Made by a program: the position numbers and the translations under genes. Of a stretch of 64,000 nt of DNA, positions 9,399 through 19,337 are shown piece by piece. Within the stretch, counting starts at the first letter, position 1; every line of letters starts with the position of its first letter. The stretch comes from a virus: IMG/VR virus record IMGVR_UViG_3300031420_000490. One strand, 5' to 3'. The notes below the pieces were generated by a model, which was given only the letters and a program-made list of their open reading frames with translations, ran no database searches and had not been told where the DNA came from.

Positions 9399-10055
9399 AT
9401 GTCCGACATCCACCGGCAGAACGCAGATGGGCTCACCACTCTGCCCTCCGAGGAGAAGCTCCGAGCGCTGGGCTTCACCGACCGAGACCCCGAAGTCTGG
9501 TACTTCAGCAGCCACCTGGCCTCGGACATCTTCTTCACGGTGAGAGTGGCTAAGAGGATCCAGGACACTCCCCTCGCGGAAGAGCTCTACCCCTACCAGG
9601 AGCTCATCATCGACAACAGCTTCGGACAACCCGCGCCCCTGGGCGCCATGAATCAAGAGTTCCGAGGAGTCGTTCTCCAGAGACTCGTCGAGGCGCTCCG
9701 CAGGCTTCGAGGGGCGGGGCTCACGGTCTTCGTGGATCCGGCGGAGTACTACTGGGAGGACTGGAAGGGCGGCAAGCTCACCGGCCGGGATGGGGAGGAT
9801 CTCATCGCATCCACCCAGAACGCGGCCGATGTCGATTCCGAAGCTCTAGATGTCGAGCCCCTTCGGCTCTCCCCCTCAGAGGAGCTCGTGCCCCTGGGCA
9901 TCGATGCCCGGGATCTCAAGCGACTCGGTGAGCTCATCGACCGGGAGATCGACAACGCGGGCTGGGACTCCCTGGCCCATGGGATGACCGCAGGTGAGTA
10001 CATCGCTCCCACGGTGATCCGAGCCTACCTGAAGCTCATCGGCGAGAAGAAGTAG
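9399..10055 (+). CDS. hypothetical protein
   Basis: AAGGAG RBS. Confidence 0.75.
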   Translation: MSDIHRQNADGLTTLPSEEKLRALGFTDRDPEVWYFSSHLASDIFFTVRVAKRIQDTPLAEELYPYQELIIDNSFGQPAPLGAMNQEFRGVVLQRLVEALRRLRGAGLTVFVDPAEYYWEDWKGGKLTGRDGEDLIASTQNAADVDSEALDVEPLRLSPSEELVPLGIDARDLKRLGELIDREIDNAGWDSLAHGMTAGEYIAPTVIRAYLKLIGEKK

Positions 10056-10110
10056 CCTTCGATAGGTTAGGTACCGGATCACAGACGCACGCCTAGAGAG
10101 GGAGCTCACC

Positions 10111-10455
10111 ATGCCAGATCTACAGCACTACGGTCTCATCCTCACCGATCCCCTCGGCGAGGACATCTACGCCTACAGCTTCACCGACGAGGAGCTCTGG
10201 CTCTGGGTGGATGAGCATGTGAGCTTCGAGGATGGGGAGAGCAGCAAGCGCATCCCGATCCCCGGGCTCGATGGCACGGTCTTCGTGACGGCGGGCTCCT
10301 GGTACAACGACAAGCTGCTGGCGCTGACCTCAGCCGACGGCGGCCACCCCCACCCCAATCTCAGCGAGGTCGAGGGCTACGACTACGATACGGTCTTCAG
10401 CAAGCTCCTCAATCTCGCAGGTCGAGACTACATCCTCGAGGGCCTGATCTACTAG
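10111..10455 (+). CDS. hypothetical protein
   Basis: GAGGGAG RBS. Confidence 0.7.
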   Translation: MPDLQHYGLILTDPLGEDIYAYSFTDEELWLWVDEHVSFEDGESSKRIPIPGLDGTVFVTAGSWYNDKLLALTSADGGHPHPNLSEVEGYDYDTVFSKLLNLAGRDYILEGLIY

Positions 10456-10514
10456 GCTTCGAGCCACGGCTGACACACTACGGCACATCGAACCCGACTC
10501 CAGGAGAAATCCCC

Positions 10515-10826
10515 ATGAAGCTCTCAGAGGCACAGGCCGACTACCGGCCCAAGAGCTCCGCCTCCAAGCCCAACGACAACCGGCGGCTCAAGAGCTACCT
10601 CAAGGCACAGCTCCGCAGCGAGGCAGAGCGCACCCTGGGCGAGTCCTGGCAGGAGATCCTGGAAAACTACCGGGACGAGTTCCTCATCGAGGGGTCTCCG
10701 GCAGACGGCACGGCTACCCTGGTGCTCCGAGTTCGCAGTGGCTGCACGGGCTTCGGCGGCAACCGGCGACCCCGCTCCGACCTCTGGCTGAAGCATGCCC
10801 AGAGCGAGCTCTTCGAGAGAGGCTGA
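10515..10826 (+). CDS. hypothetical protein (tandem paralogue of 10836)
   Basis: DNRR...LIEG.P..GTAT.VL...Q.ELFE shared. Confidence 0.75.
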   Translation: MKLSEAQADYRPKSSASKPNDNRRLKSYLKAQLRSEAERTLGESWQEILENYRDEFLIEGSPADGTATLVLRVRSGCTGFGGNRRPRSDLWLKHAQSELFERG

Positions 10827-10835
10827 GGAGAGAAC

Positions 10836-11180
10836 ATGCCCAACCTGGCTCGCGGCCGAGCGAATCTCAGCCTGACCTTGGAAGAGGCGCGACTAATCTA
10901 CAGGCCGCGAACAGCTGACTCCAGGCCCCTGGATAACCGCCGCATCCGCACTCAGCTCAGGAAGAGCCTACGGAGAAGAGCTGAGCTCGCTCTAGCCATG
11001 AGCTGGAATGAGATCTCGATGATCTACAGACACTACTACCTCATCGAGGGCACGCCAGACCGCGGAACAGCTACCATTGTTCTAGACCCCGACCAGCTGA
11101 TGCGCTACATCCCCCGGGAAGAGCGACGGCCTCAGGTTCGTATCGGCCTCTACCAGCGTGAGCTCTTCGAGAAGAACTGA
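10836..11180 (+). CDS. hypothetical protein (tandem paralogue of 10515)
   Basis: Same shared motifs as 10515. Confidence 0.75.
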   Translation: MPNLARGRANLSLTLEEARLIYRPRTADSRPLDNRRIRTQLRKSLRRRAELALAMSWNEISMIYRHYYLIEGTPDRGTATIVLDPDQLMRYIPREERRPQVRIGLYQRELFEKN

Positions 11181-11224
11181 CCACAGACTGTCCTCAAGTG
11201 AGGGCCTACAGAGAGAAGATCGCC

Positions 11225-12166
11225 ATGGTGTCCTACCTCTTCCCAGCGAACCCTCTAGGAGGTCACTCCTGGACCGTGGACGACCACTTCTCCCTGGAAT
11301 GTGCAACCGTCGCGGGCTCCAATCCCGTCGCTCTCCTGGACAGCTACAGCCTCAGCGACCGCATCCCCAAGATGAAGATCTCCGAGGACTTCAGCAACCC
11401 AGTGGTCTATCGAGGCTGGATGCTCACAGAGGCTGAGTACCGAACGCTCGAAAGGGCAATCACAGCTCGAGGACTTGCGCTGGCAACCAGCACTGAGAGC
11501 TACATGCGAGCCCACAGTATCCGAGGCTGGATCGACTCCTTCGAGGGGCTGACGGCGCCCACTGTGCTCATTCCAGTGAGCGCAGATGAGGCTACCATCC
11601 TGGCTGCAGCTGACTCCATTCCCTTTGAGCACGGCTTCTTCCTCAAGGGAGAGTCCAAGTCAGAGCGAGGAATGAACCACGCTGCTGATGCTGGAGAGCT
11701 CCCTGGGCTCGTTCGGCGCTTCCTTGAGCGCTCGGGAACTCCTGAGGACGGCACACTGGCGCTTCGTAGCTTCCTGCCTCTGGATAGTCGCGTTGCGGAA
11801 GTTCGAAGCTGGTGGATCGGTGGAGAGCTCGCCTTCAGTCCGGTTCATCCGAACTTCGAGGGTATAGACCGAATCTCTCCGCTGACCGATTCCATGGAGC
11901 TTCGGCGTTCCATGAGGGATTTCCTCGACAGCCTTCAGCCAGGGATCCGAAGCCTCGAGAACCGCTTCCTTACGGCCGACATCGCTCTCACCGAATCTGG
12001 CGAGTGGACGCTCATCGAGATCGGCGATGGTCAGGTTTCAGGCTTCTCCCGGGACTACGGTGCTCAGGAGTACAGCTACTTCTACAGGATCATCGGCCAT
12101 GAGATCGAGGAGAGCTATCTCCCTGAGAGCGAGAGACTCATCAACCTGACGAGACATTTGGGCTGA
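11225..12166 (+). CDS. ATP-grasp protein, R2K-like
   Basis: FFLKGESKS, LRSF.PL, EVRSWWIGGEL, TADIA...GEW.LIEIGDGQVSG. Confidence 0.75.
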   Translation: MVSYLFPANPLGGHSWTVDDHFSLECATVAGSNPVALLDSYSLSDRIPKMKISEDFSNPVVYRGWMLTEAEYRTLERAITARGLALATSTESYMRAHSIRGWIDSFEGLTAPTVLIPVSADEATILAAADSIPFEHGFFLKGESKSERGMNHAADAGELPGLVRRFLERSGTPEDGTLALRSFLPLDSRVAEVRSWWIGGELAFSPVHPNFEGIDRISPLTDSMELRRSMRDFLDSLQPGIRSLENRFLTADIALTESGEWTLIEIGDGQVSGFSRDYGAQEYSYFYRIIGHEIEESYLPESERLINLTRHLG

Positions 12167-12205
12167 GCCGTTGACAGGCTGTGGGCAGAGGGTTAGCATT
12201 GAACC

Positions 12206-12469
12206 ATGCCGAACAACACCACTGCTTCCGCCCCCGTCGTCGCGGACATCGAGTTCGCTCTCACCGTCATCAACGACCGCCTCGAGGACTTCTCCCGAGA
12301 GATGAGCAACCAGGGCTTCCCCGTGATCAGCGCCAATCTCGAGCTCGGCGTTGTCCGAGTGGACGCCGGCTCGGACCCCGACGACTACAGCGTGCTCATG
12401 GCTGCCTCGGAGGCCGCGCAGGCCGTGGGCATCCACGAGAACGACCTCCTCTACGCCGAAGTCGTCTGA
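12206..12469 (+). CDS. hypothetical protein, leaderless
   Basis: TTGACA-17-TAGCAT, 6 nt, ATG. Confidence 0.8.
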   Translation: MPNNTTASAPVVADIEFALTVINDRLEDFSREMSNQGFPVISANLELGVVRVDAGSDPDDYSVLMAASEAAQAVGIHENDLLYAEVV

Positions 12470-12552
12470 GCGAACACGCACCAACAGCCGAGGGGCCGCC
12501 GACCTGCTGAAAGATGCAGATTGGCGGCCCCTCGGCTCTAGGACTAGATCTT

Positions 12553-13050
12553 CTAGCGGTACCGCGCTGCTCGCTCCTCCATCTCGAGCTCAGTTCGGTA
12601 GAGGTTGGCCATCAACCTTATGCCATCAATGCTACCTGAGTTCGTGGTCCTGACAACCTCGGGGAACACTCCCCTGAATGCGTTGGGTCGAAGCTCCATG
12701 AGGTCCGCTAGCTCACGGCGAGGCTCCCTCTCAGAGAGCTCCCGGGCTCTTTCGGACAGCACAAAGTTGAGAGCCTCCTTGAGCACGGGATCGCTAGTGT
12801 GAGGAGCCGTGAGCTTCATGGCGTACTCGATGGTGTGCCCCATGCTAGAGAAAAGCGTAGCGCGCTCACAGAACACGATGAGGGCGCCGTAGTCGGCTAG
12901 ATCTTTCACCGCGCTAGACGGGTAGACGGGAGCCGCCTTGGGCTCTTCGGTCGCACTTTCGGCGAGCGCTCGAGCGGCCACGGAGTAGGGCTCACCGGTC
13001 TCTTCCATGCGGGCCCTGATGGCGCTCTTGGAGAAGCTGTTCTTGGTCAT
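12553..13050 (-). CDS. hypothetical protein with actinobacterial IRARM.ETGE.YS.A N-terminus
   Basis: N-terminal motif; RBS; own promoter. Confidence 0.7.
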   Translation of the reverse strand: MTKNSFSKSAIRARMEETGEPYSVAARALAESATEEPKAAPVYPSSAVKDLADYGALIVFCERATLFSSMGHTIEYAMKLTAPHTSDPVLKEALNFVLSERARELSEREPRRELADLMELRPNAFRGVFPEVVRTTNSGSIDGIRLMANLYRTELEMEERAARYR

Positions 13051-13338
13051 GGTCTTCTGCTCTCTGGGTATCAGCCTACACCTGATCCCGGAACTCGAAG
13101 GAATGAACTACTGGGAACAGTCGGTGGACAGGATCCGCGGGACCTTGCTCTTCAGATGAGCTCTGCCGTGTAGGAGCGCCGCTCTGAGACGGGCCACTGC
13201 CTGGCCCATGGAAGCACCCTATCAAGGCCTAGAGGAACCGTCTTCGGGACCTTCGGACAGTTGGTTGACAGGCTGCGGACCGGAGCGTAGGATCGAACTA
13301 CACCACACCACCACCGAATCTTCCTGAGGAGCAATCCC

Positions 13339-13527
13339 ATGGCCACCACCATCGCCACCCCGATCACCGCCCCGTGCTTCGAGCGCGCTCCGCTCTGTGC
13401 CGCCTGCGGTGCGAACCACCCCACGGCCGCTCAGCGCATGGACCGGGGCGAGGCGCTCACCGACTACGAGCGCACCTGCGTCATCGCGCTCCGGGAGGGT
13501 ATCAGCTACGCAGAGGCTGCCGCCTAA
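13339..13527 (+). CDS. small CxxC...H putative Zn-binding protein
   Basis: TTGACA-17-TAGGAT promoter, GAGGAG RBS, CAACGANH. Confidence 0.7.
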   Translation: MATTIATPITAPCFERAPLCAACGANHPTAAQRMDRGEALTDYERTCVIALREGISYAEAAA

Positions 13528-13649
13528 GGCGCTTTGAGCCCACTTCCGCACAACCTCACCGATCGAGTCTACTAAGGGCTTAGGCTCCAAAAGTCACGAT
13601 AGAGCCTCTGGTATCATCTTCCCCTCGTCCACCGATCCAAGGAGTACCC

Positions 13650-13784
13650 ATGAGCAAGACCCTGGGCAAGCACGCCTTCATCGAAACCAAGGGCTGGCGC
13701 CACCGGGCCGCCTTGAAGATCAAGCAGCGGCGCATCAACCGCCGCCGGGAGGCCAAGGACTGGAAGCAGACCTCGGAGGACTAA
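13650..13784 (+). CDS. 44-aa basic peptide
   Basis: AAGGAG RBS; MSKTLGKHAF...; below the ORF-track cutoff. Confidence 0.55.
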   Translation: MSKTLGKHAFIETKGWRHRAALKIKQRRINRRREAKDWKQTSED

Positions 13785-13859
13785 ACTCCCACCTAGCTTC
13801 GCACCATCGGCTTTGGCCGTCTCGATAGAATGACCTCGAGACGGCCAAAGACCTTTGAG

Positions 13860-14426
13860 ATGGAGCAAGAACAGATGCGAGTAGCCACAGACGGATCCTG
13901 CCTGAAGAATCCGGGCGGTAAGACCGGCTGGGCCTGGGTGGCCGAGGATGGGCGCTGGCAGTCCGGTAGCCTCCCCGAGGGCTCCAACAACATCGGCGAG
14001 CTCATGGCCGCCATCGCAGCACTCCACGCACACCGGAAGGTCGAGAAGCTCCACCTGGAGATCGATTCCCAGTATGTGCTCAACATCGCCCAGAAGTGGG
14101 GTGTGGCCTGGCGCAGAAAGGGCTGGAAGAAGGCCAACGGTGAGCCCGTGGCCAACATCAAGCTCGTTTCCCGGCTCCTCGATCTCGTGGACCGAGAGGG
14201 GCTCACCATGGAGTGGGTCCGGGGCCACAACGGCCACTGGCTCAACGAGCTCACCGATGAGCGCGCGGGTTCGGCGGCTCGACTTCAGACACCCACCACC
14301 AAGGGGCGCTTCACTCCGGACGAGATCGCAGACGCCATCCTCGCCGACGGAGATCCCAAGGCTGCAGCAGCCAAGAAGCGCGCCGCCAAGAAGGCTGCAG
14401 CGAAGCCCAAGCCCAAGCGCTCCTAG
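13860..14426 (+). CDS. rnhA: ribonuclease HI
   Basis: TDGS, NNIGE, DSQY, W..KGWK, WVRGH.GH..NE..D catalytic set. Confidence 0.92.
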   Translation: MEQEQMRVATDGSCLKNPGGKTGWAWVAEDGRWQSGSLPEGSNNIGELMAAIAALHAHRKVEKLHLEIDSQYVLNIAQKWGVAWRRKGWKKANGEPVANIKLVSRLLDLVDREGLTMEWVRGHNGHWLNELTDERAGSAARLQTPTTKGRFTPDEIADAILADGDPKAAAAKKRAAKKAAAKPKPKRS

Positions 14427-14474
14427 TAGTCTCCTCGATTAGATAGGCTCTCGTAGCCAATCGAGGGAGTAGCC

Positions 14475-15929
14475 GTGGCCAAAGGACAGATCCATCTCAC
14501 ACCCGATGGACCAGCGCCCTGCTCGGCCGACCCCTCGAAGCCCGGCGCTCGAGGCTGCCCCTACGGAGCCGGAGGTCACTTCGCCACGGAGCAGGAAGCC
14601 GAGAAGGCCTACGCTGAGCTCATGGAGTCCCAGGGCCTCGACGCACTGAGTGCCAGTTCGTCGTCCCTCGGCGGATTGCGCCGGGAGCTGGAGGCATTGA
14701 GAAAAGGTGGCGCTCCGAAGCTCTCTGAGCTCCAGGAGATCGGCGGACGCATCGAGGATGAGATCCTCAGCCGGGCCGGCGTGGAGGTAGATCGGAAGGA
14801 TCTGAGCTCAGAGGAGCTCGCGGCCCTCGCCAGCAGCGCATCGAGCGTGCTCCGGGAGCTCCAGGGTGAGCCCGTAGCCCTCCGCAGTAAGTTTCACGGT
14901 CCCTTCGCCAGGCAGCTCAAGGAAGCCCTGGCTCCAGTTCCCAGCGGTGCTGCCTACCTGGTCTACGGGGATGTCCACACGGAGACGGTGAACGCTCGCA
15001 ACGGATCCCGGGATGGATTCCACATCCAGCAGGCTGCTATCATGGCACCAGCAGCCGTGGAGGCACGAAGCCCGCTGAGAATCGGATCGGAGGCCAGGCG
15101 CGGAGACTTCGTGGTGGACCGATCCATCGCTCTGCGCCGGGAGATCGAGGGCGGGGAGCTCCTGGGCTTCGCCGTGGATCGCATCGAGCGTGGTTCGGGA
15201 GAGCAGCTCCAGGATGGGGACAGCGTGCTCCACGCAATCCGGCAGAACCGGGCCGATGATCGCTTCATCGAGCTCCTCCAGGAGAAGGTCCTGGACACGG
15301 ACGGAGTGATCCTCCCAGGTCAGGCTGAGCGCTTCCGGGAGCTCGCACCTGAGCTCCTGGAGTCCGCAGAGGCTTCGGCAGTTGTCTCCAGCTTCTACGC
15401 CGGGAAGAAGCCCACCGGCGCCATCGCTCGAGGAAAGCGCTACCGGAAGGTGGCCAAGGACTTCGAGCTCCGGGACTCCAGCGGCGAGAGCTACGCCGTG
15501 GGACTCGATCTCTATGAGGTCCAGGAGAAGCGACTGAGCTTCCGAGACCACACCATCGGCACGAAGCGCTACGGAGGCGACGGCAACGCTCAGAACTCGG
15601 TGCTCCTCCATGAGTTCAGCCACGCCATTCAATCAGCTCGACCCGGTGGCATTCCCGGCGAGAGGGAGCTCTTCCAGGAGATCTATCCCCAGGGTGAGCG
15701 CATCAAGGAGGATGGCTACGAGCGCTTCAGCGGCTTCCCCGACGACTACATGGGCGATGTGGGTGGCCGGGAGGTCTTCACCCGGGCAACCGAGGGACTC
15801 TTCTACCCGCAGTACTCAGGCAACGAGTACCTCTACGACGGCTCCGAGCGCAGCCAGGAGGTTCGCCGCTGGGCCCTGGGAACCTGGGCGCTCCTGGGAG
15901 CCGAAGGACTCAAGCTCAGCAAGGGCTGA
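14475..15929 (+). CDS. HCCH N-terminal domain plus C-terminal zincin-like metallopeptidase
   Basis: H-x8-C-x11-C-x6-H at the N-terminus; LLHEFSH...EVF at the C-terminus. Confidence 0.7.
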   Translation: MAKGQIHLTPDGPAPCSADPSKPGARGCPYGAGGHFATEQEAEKAYAELMESQGLDALSASSSSLGGLRRELEALRKGGAPKLSELQEIGGRIEDEILSRAGVEVDRKDLSSEELAALASSASSVLRELQGEPVALRSKFHGPFARQLKEALAPVPSGAAYLVYGDVHTETVNARNGSRDGFHIQQAAIMAPAAVEARSPLRIGSEARRGDFVVDRSIALRREIEGGELLGFAVDRIERGSGEQLQDGDSVLHAIRQNRADDRFIELLQEKVLDTDGVILPGQAERFRELAPELLESAEASAVVSSFYAGKKPTGAIARGKRYRKVAKDFELRDSSGESYAVGLDLYEVQEKRLSFRDHTIGTKRYGGDGNAQNSVLLHEFSHAIQSARPGGIPGERELFQEIYPQGERIKEDGYERFSGFPDDYMGDVGGREVFTRATEGLFYPQYSGNEYLYDGSERSQEVRRWALGTWALLGAEGLKLSKG

Positions 15930-16006
15930 GAGTTGCTAGAGTCGCGATCTCGTGATAGGGTCGGCCTGAAGCCACTGCCCAGATCAAGCCGAAACGAGAC
16001 TCATCC

Positions 16007-16411
16007 ATGGTCGACATCGCACCCGAAGATCACGATCCAGCCAACTGGAAGTCCTGGCTCGAGGACGACAACGGCAACCTCAACGAGGACGAGCTCCCCT
16101 GGTACGGCCGCAGGGACGAGAGTCCGAACTACGGTCCAGATGCTCCTCCGGCTGCTCAGGTCGAGGCAGCTCGACGCTTCGTGAGCCACTGGCTCAACGA
16201 GGACGGTCACGGCTTCGTCATCCCCGGTGGAGAGTGGGGAGTCTCACTGAAGCACTGGCTGCACATCCTGGTTGCTCGCCCCGCCGTAGACGCTCAGCGC
16301 CCGCAGGAGGCAGCTGCAACCCACCGGTCACAGGATGTTGGGACTGAGGTCGCAGAGGGCTTCAGCCGGGCAGACCTGGCTCCTCTGACCACAGATGGAG
16401 AGGCCGACTGA
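16007..16411 (+). CDS. hypothetical protein
   Basis: TTGCTA-17-TAGGGT promoter upstream. Confidence 0.65.
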   Translation: MVDIAPEDHDPANWKSWLEDDNGNLNEDELPWYGRRDESPNYGPDAPPAAQVEAARRFVSHWLNEDGHGFVIPGGEWGVSLKHWLHILVARPAVDAQRPQEAAATHRSQDVGTEVAEGFSRADLAPLTTDGEAD

Positions 16412-16782
16412 TGGAAGAGAGCCAGATCAGCGACGGTGCCAAGAAGCGCTTCGCGGAGATCAAGCCCGAGAACTACATCCGGGAGTACAAGCGCATCGGC
16501 CGGAAGCTCCTGCGCACGCAGTTCGTCTACGCACTGATCATGCTCATGGGCTTCCTGGTGCCCTTCTTCCTGGTCTACATGGTGCAAATCAATCCCTTCT
16601 TCTCCCTGGCCTGGGCTGGATTCATGGGCTATGCCCTGGTGATGGCCTTCAAGCACACCGAGTGGCCCCTGGAGAACCTGGAGGTCCAGAACCTGATCCT
16701 GAAGGCCCGCACCCGGGCGGCGCAGGAGGAGACAGCAGCCCTGGAGGCTGAGATCGAAGCCCGAGAGAAGGCCCAGCGATGA
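16411..16782 (+). CDS. 2-TM membrane protein (paralogue of 16779)
   Basis: S..A.KRF.EI.P..Y.R...KL..., two TM helices. Confidence 0.75.
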   Translation: MEESQISDGAKKRFAEIKPENYIREYKRIGRKLLRTQFVYALIMLMGFLVPFFLVYMVQINPFFSLAWAGFMGYALVMAFKHTEWPLENLEVQNLILKARTRAAQEETAALEAEIEAREKAQR

Positions 16783-17180
16783 GCGACGAGCAAGAACTCG
16801 AGTTCAGCGATGAGGCTCGAAAGCGCTTCCGGGAGATCGATCCAAAGGACTACGATCGGACTCTCAGGAAGCTGAGCTGGAAGGCATCCCGGCTGCAGCT
16901 CGGCTACAGCTTCCTCTTCTTCCTGGTATCCGCAACCCTGATCCTCGCCATGACCATGGCAGCCACGGCTAGCTCCGGATTCACGCTGATCTGGGTCGTC
17001 GTCATAGCCGTCTCCCTATTCCAGGCCTTCAAGCGCATGGATAGCCTAACAGTAGTCGGAGAGGTTCGCCATCTCATCCTTCGAGAGCGACTCAAGAAGA
17101 CTCCAGTGAGCCCGTCTTTGGGTGAAAGCCTCAGCCAGATTCGCAGGAACAAGGAAAGAAGCAAGGACGCCGATGACTGA
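16779..17180 (+). CDS. 2-TM membrane protein (paralogue of 16411)
   Basis: Same shared motifs as 16411. Confidence 0.75.
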   Translation: MSDEQELEFSDEARKRFREIDPKDYDRTLRKLSWKASRLQLGYSFLFFLVSATLILAMTMAATASSGFTLIWVVVIAVSLFQAFKRMDSLTVVGEVRHLILRERLKKTPVSPSLGESLSQIRRNKERSKDADD

Positions 17181-17421
17181 TCCCCAGCAGATCCAGCCCG
17201 CAGCTGATCACAGCCTCCTCCAGGGTGGAGCCATCACGCTGATTGTGGGCTTCTTCGCCACGGTCGCAGGCTCCATCTGGACCATACTCAGCCCCATCGG
17301 TGGAGGCGTGAACTTCGGAGCGGGACTTCTCTACGAGGGTGGCATGCTCGCCGGGCTCGTCGGCTCGGTGCTCACCATCGTGGGGCTCGTCGGCCTTCGC
17401 AGGACCGGCAGGAAGCACTAG
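17173..17421 (+). CDS. small 2-TM membrane protein
   Basis: Hydrophobic helices; overlaps the upstream stop. Confidence 0.65.
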   Translation: MTDPQQIQPAADHSLLQGGAITLIVGFFATVAGSIWTILSPIGGGVNFGAGLLYEGGMLAGLVGSVLTIVGLVGLRRTGRKH

Positions 17422-17470
17422 ATCAGCCGTTGATCTTGGTATTCTAGCCCCGAAAAGAAGGAGACCACCC

Positions 17471-17764
17471 GTGGACGCATCGCAGCCCCTCGAGGACCCC
17501 CGCCCGCTTGTTGAGCAGGTCCGTGCTCGCAACGCCACGCCCTACCGCTGGATGGACATCCTCGTCTGGGAGCAGCCCTGGCTCAAGCTCAAGGGCCACA
17601 CTCAGGAAGAGATCGATGAGGCACTGGAGCTCGCCCGGAAGCTCAATCGTCAGGACATGCTGACGGAGGCCGCTGACTACAAGAAGCACCGGGAGCGCAT
17701 TCGAGCCATCCAGGCGGCAGAGCGCAGCGCTCTGGGAGTTGACCAGAGCCCCACAAGCGCGTAG
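17471..17764 (+). CDS. hypothetical protein
   Basis: AAGGAG RBS, GTG start. Confidence 0.65.
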   Translation: MDASQPLEDPRPLVEQVRARNATPYRWMDILVWEQPWLKLKGHTQEEIDEALELARKLNRQDMLTEAADYKKHRERIRAIQAAERSALGVDQSPTSA

Positions 17765-17832
17765 GATGATGATGCGGGAAAGCTGAAGTCAGCTTTCCCG
17801 TTCCCTAGCTTCCCCGACGACAGGAGCCAGCC

Positions 17833-18198
17833 ATGGCAGAGAACGAAGCACCCAAGGGCCTCGTGATCCTTTTCGATGACGAGCGTGAGTTCGTTCCCGG
17901 CTTTCGGGACGGAGCGGTGATCGTTCGCACGGCGGAAGAGGCCCGGGAGCTCTTCGATGAGCTCAAGGCCAATCCGCAGCCCGTGGCTGAGCTCTGGCTC
18001 GACTATGTGCTCCGCCGAGGTTCCACGGACGACGCCCTGAGCGACCTTCCGGGTCACCTCGTGGAGCGAGTGATCTACTGCTCCAGCTCCAGCAGCGCCT
18101 TCAGCCTCCTCGCCATGATCCTCAAGGAGGATACGGGCTTCTCGGGTGAGATGGAGCATGGCTGGACGGTCTTCCCGAAGGCCTTCAAGAAGCTCTAG
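17833..18198 (+). CDS. cyclic-phosphate-processing receiver-like domain protein
   Basis: LFDDER...VRTAEEA.EL...ELWLD pattern. Confidence 0.6.
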   Translation: MAENEAPKGLVILFDDEREFVPGFRDGAVIVRTAEEARELFDELKANPQPVAELWLDYVLRRGSTDDALSDLPGHLVERVIYCSSSSSAFSLLAMILKEDTGFSGEMEHGWTVFPKAFKKL

Positions 18199-18281
18199 GC
18201 TTCCGACAGCAACAGACAGCAGCTAGACCGGCCAGATCCGGTCCTCTAGCTCCACAGCACACAGACAGAGAGGGGCCTCCC

Positions 18282-18620
18282 ATGGCCACAGAGACAGTGA
18301 TGATCTACGGCTCGAGCGATGACCTCGTAGAGATCGAAGGTAAGATCAAGGGTGCCGACGAGTACTCCTACAACGACGGAACCTGGGAGGGTGTTCTCGA
18401 GGCCCCCAACGGTGAGACTGCTCTGGTCTTCGTGGACTTCCGCAGCAACGGCTTCTGGACTGTGAGCCTCACGCCCTACGAGGAGGGCTACAAGCTCCAT
18501 TGGCCCGTCGACTACGCGGTCATCGACGCCAACTGCCGCTACTCGATCACGGCAACGGTGGAGGTTCCCCAGGGCACCACCTTTAAGTCCCTGTCCAACA
18601 GGGATGAAGACGAGGACTGA
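18282..18620 (+). CDS. hypothetical protein
   Basis: IYG.SDDL.EIEG motif; RBS. Confidence 0.75.
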   Translation: MATETVMIYGSSDDLVEIEGKIKGADEYSYNDGTWEGVLEAPNGETALVFVDFRSNGFWTVSLTPYEEGYKLHWPVDYAVIDANCRYSITATVEVPQGTTFKSLSNRDEDED

Positions 18621-18622
18621 GC

Positions 18623-18805
18623 TTGCTCATCCGGGACCGGGACTATCCGGGCAAGGAAGACGGACTGGAGCCTCCTAAGCACGCGGTAATCTACTACAAC
18701 GGCGTCAGGAAGAGCTTCTGGTATCGAGACGGGGAAGAGGTCTTCATGCCGCCCTACTACGACGAGCCAGATGACGATGAGGAAGAAGACGAGGAACAGC
18801 CATGA
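18623..18805 (+). CDS. small acidic hypothetical protein
   Basis: Operon coupling; TTG start. Confidence 0.5.
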   Translation: MLIRDRDYPGKEDGLEPPKHAVIYYNGVRKSFWYRDGEEVFMPPYYDEPDDDEEEDEEQP

Positions 18806-19278
18806 GCAGCGAGAACATCAGAAGGGTTGCCTCCGTAGAGGTGATCTCAGAGGACGAGCGCCGGGATCTTCCCGGGCTTTCCGAGATCGATCCAGCCTTC
18901 AATCAGATGGACCCCACCTACAATGTTGAGATGGGAAGAAGGCAACCGGAAGAACCCCACGCAACTGTGGATCGCTACGCTCAGGCTGCAAAGCTGACCT
19001 GGAGTGTGGATGAGGGCGTCGGGCTCATTGCTCTTGACGGAACCTACCTGAATCCTGATGATCCCTATGGTCAGCTTTCTCTGGGTGAGCTCTTCGATCT
19101 CGCTCGACGCTATGAGGCCGTCAAGCTCGCAGAGCGCAGAGAGCTATCCCTGGATCCTCTCCCCTGGGTCAATTCCTACGATCTCCTCGAGCGCAGAGAG
19201 CAGGGTGGTTTGAACCGGGACTTCAGTCCACGGCTCGGCTATGCTCAGGATCGCAGTGACTACGGAATCGATGGCTAG
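18802..19278 (+). CDS. hypothetical protein
   Basis: ATGA overlap with the upstream gene. Confidence 0.6.
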   Translation: MSSENIRRVASVEVISEDERRDLPGLSEIDPAFNQMDPTYNVEMGRRQPEEPHATVDRYAQAAKLTWSVDEGVGLIALDGTYLNPDDPYGQLSLGELFDLARRYEAVKLAERRELSLDPLPWVNSYDLLERREQGGLNRDFSPRLGYAQDRSDYGIDG

Positions 19279-19337
19279 CTCACTCTGCCATCGGGAGACG
19301 GTTGCACGGTCCTAGGGATCCGTGTACAGTGATCCCC

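Noticed and set aside
13299-13309. Self-targeting by the TnpB guide
   Set aside because: Only an 11-nt match, and the upstream flank (GTGGT) is not a T-rich TAM; noted only as context.
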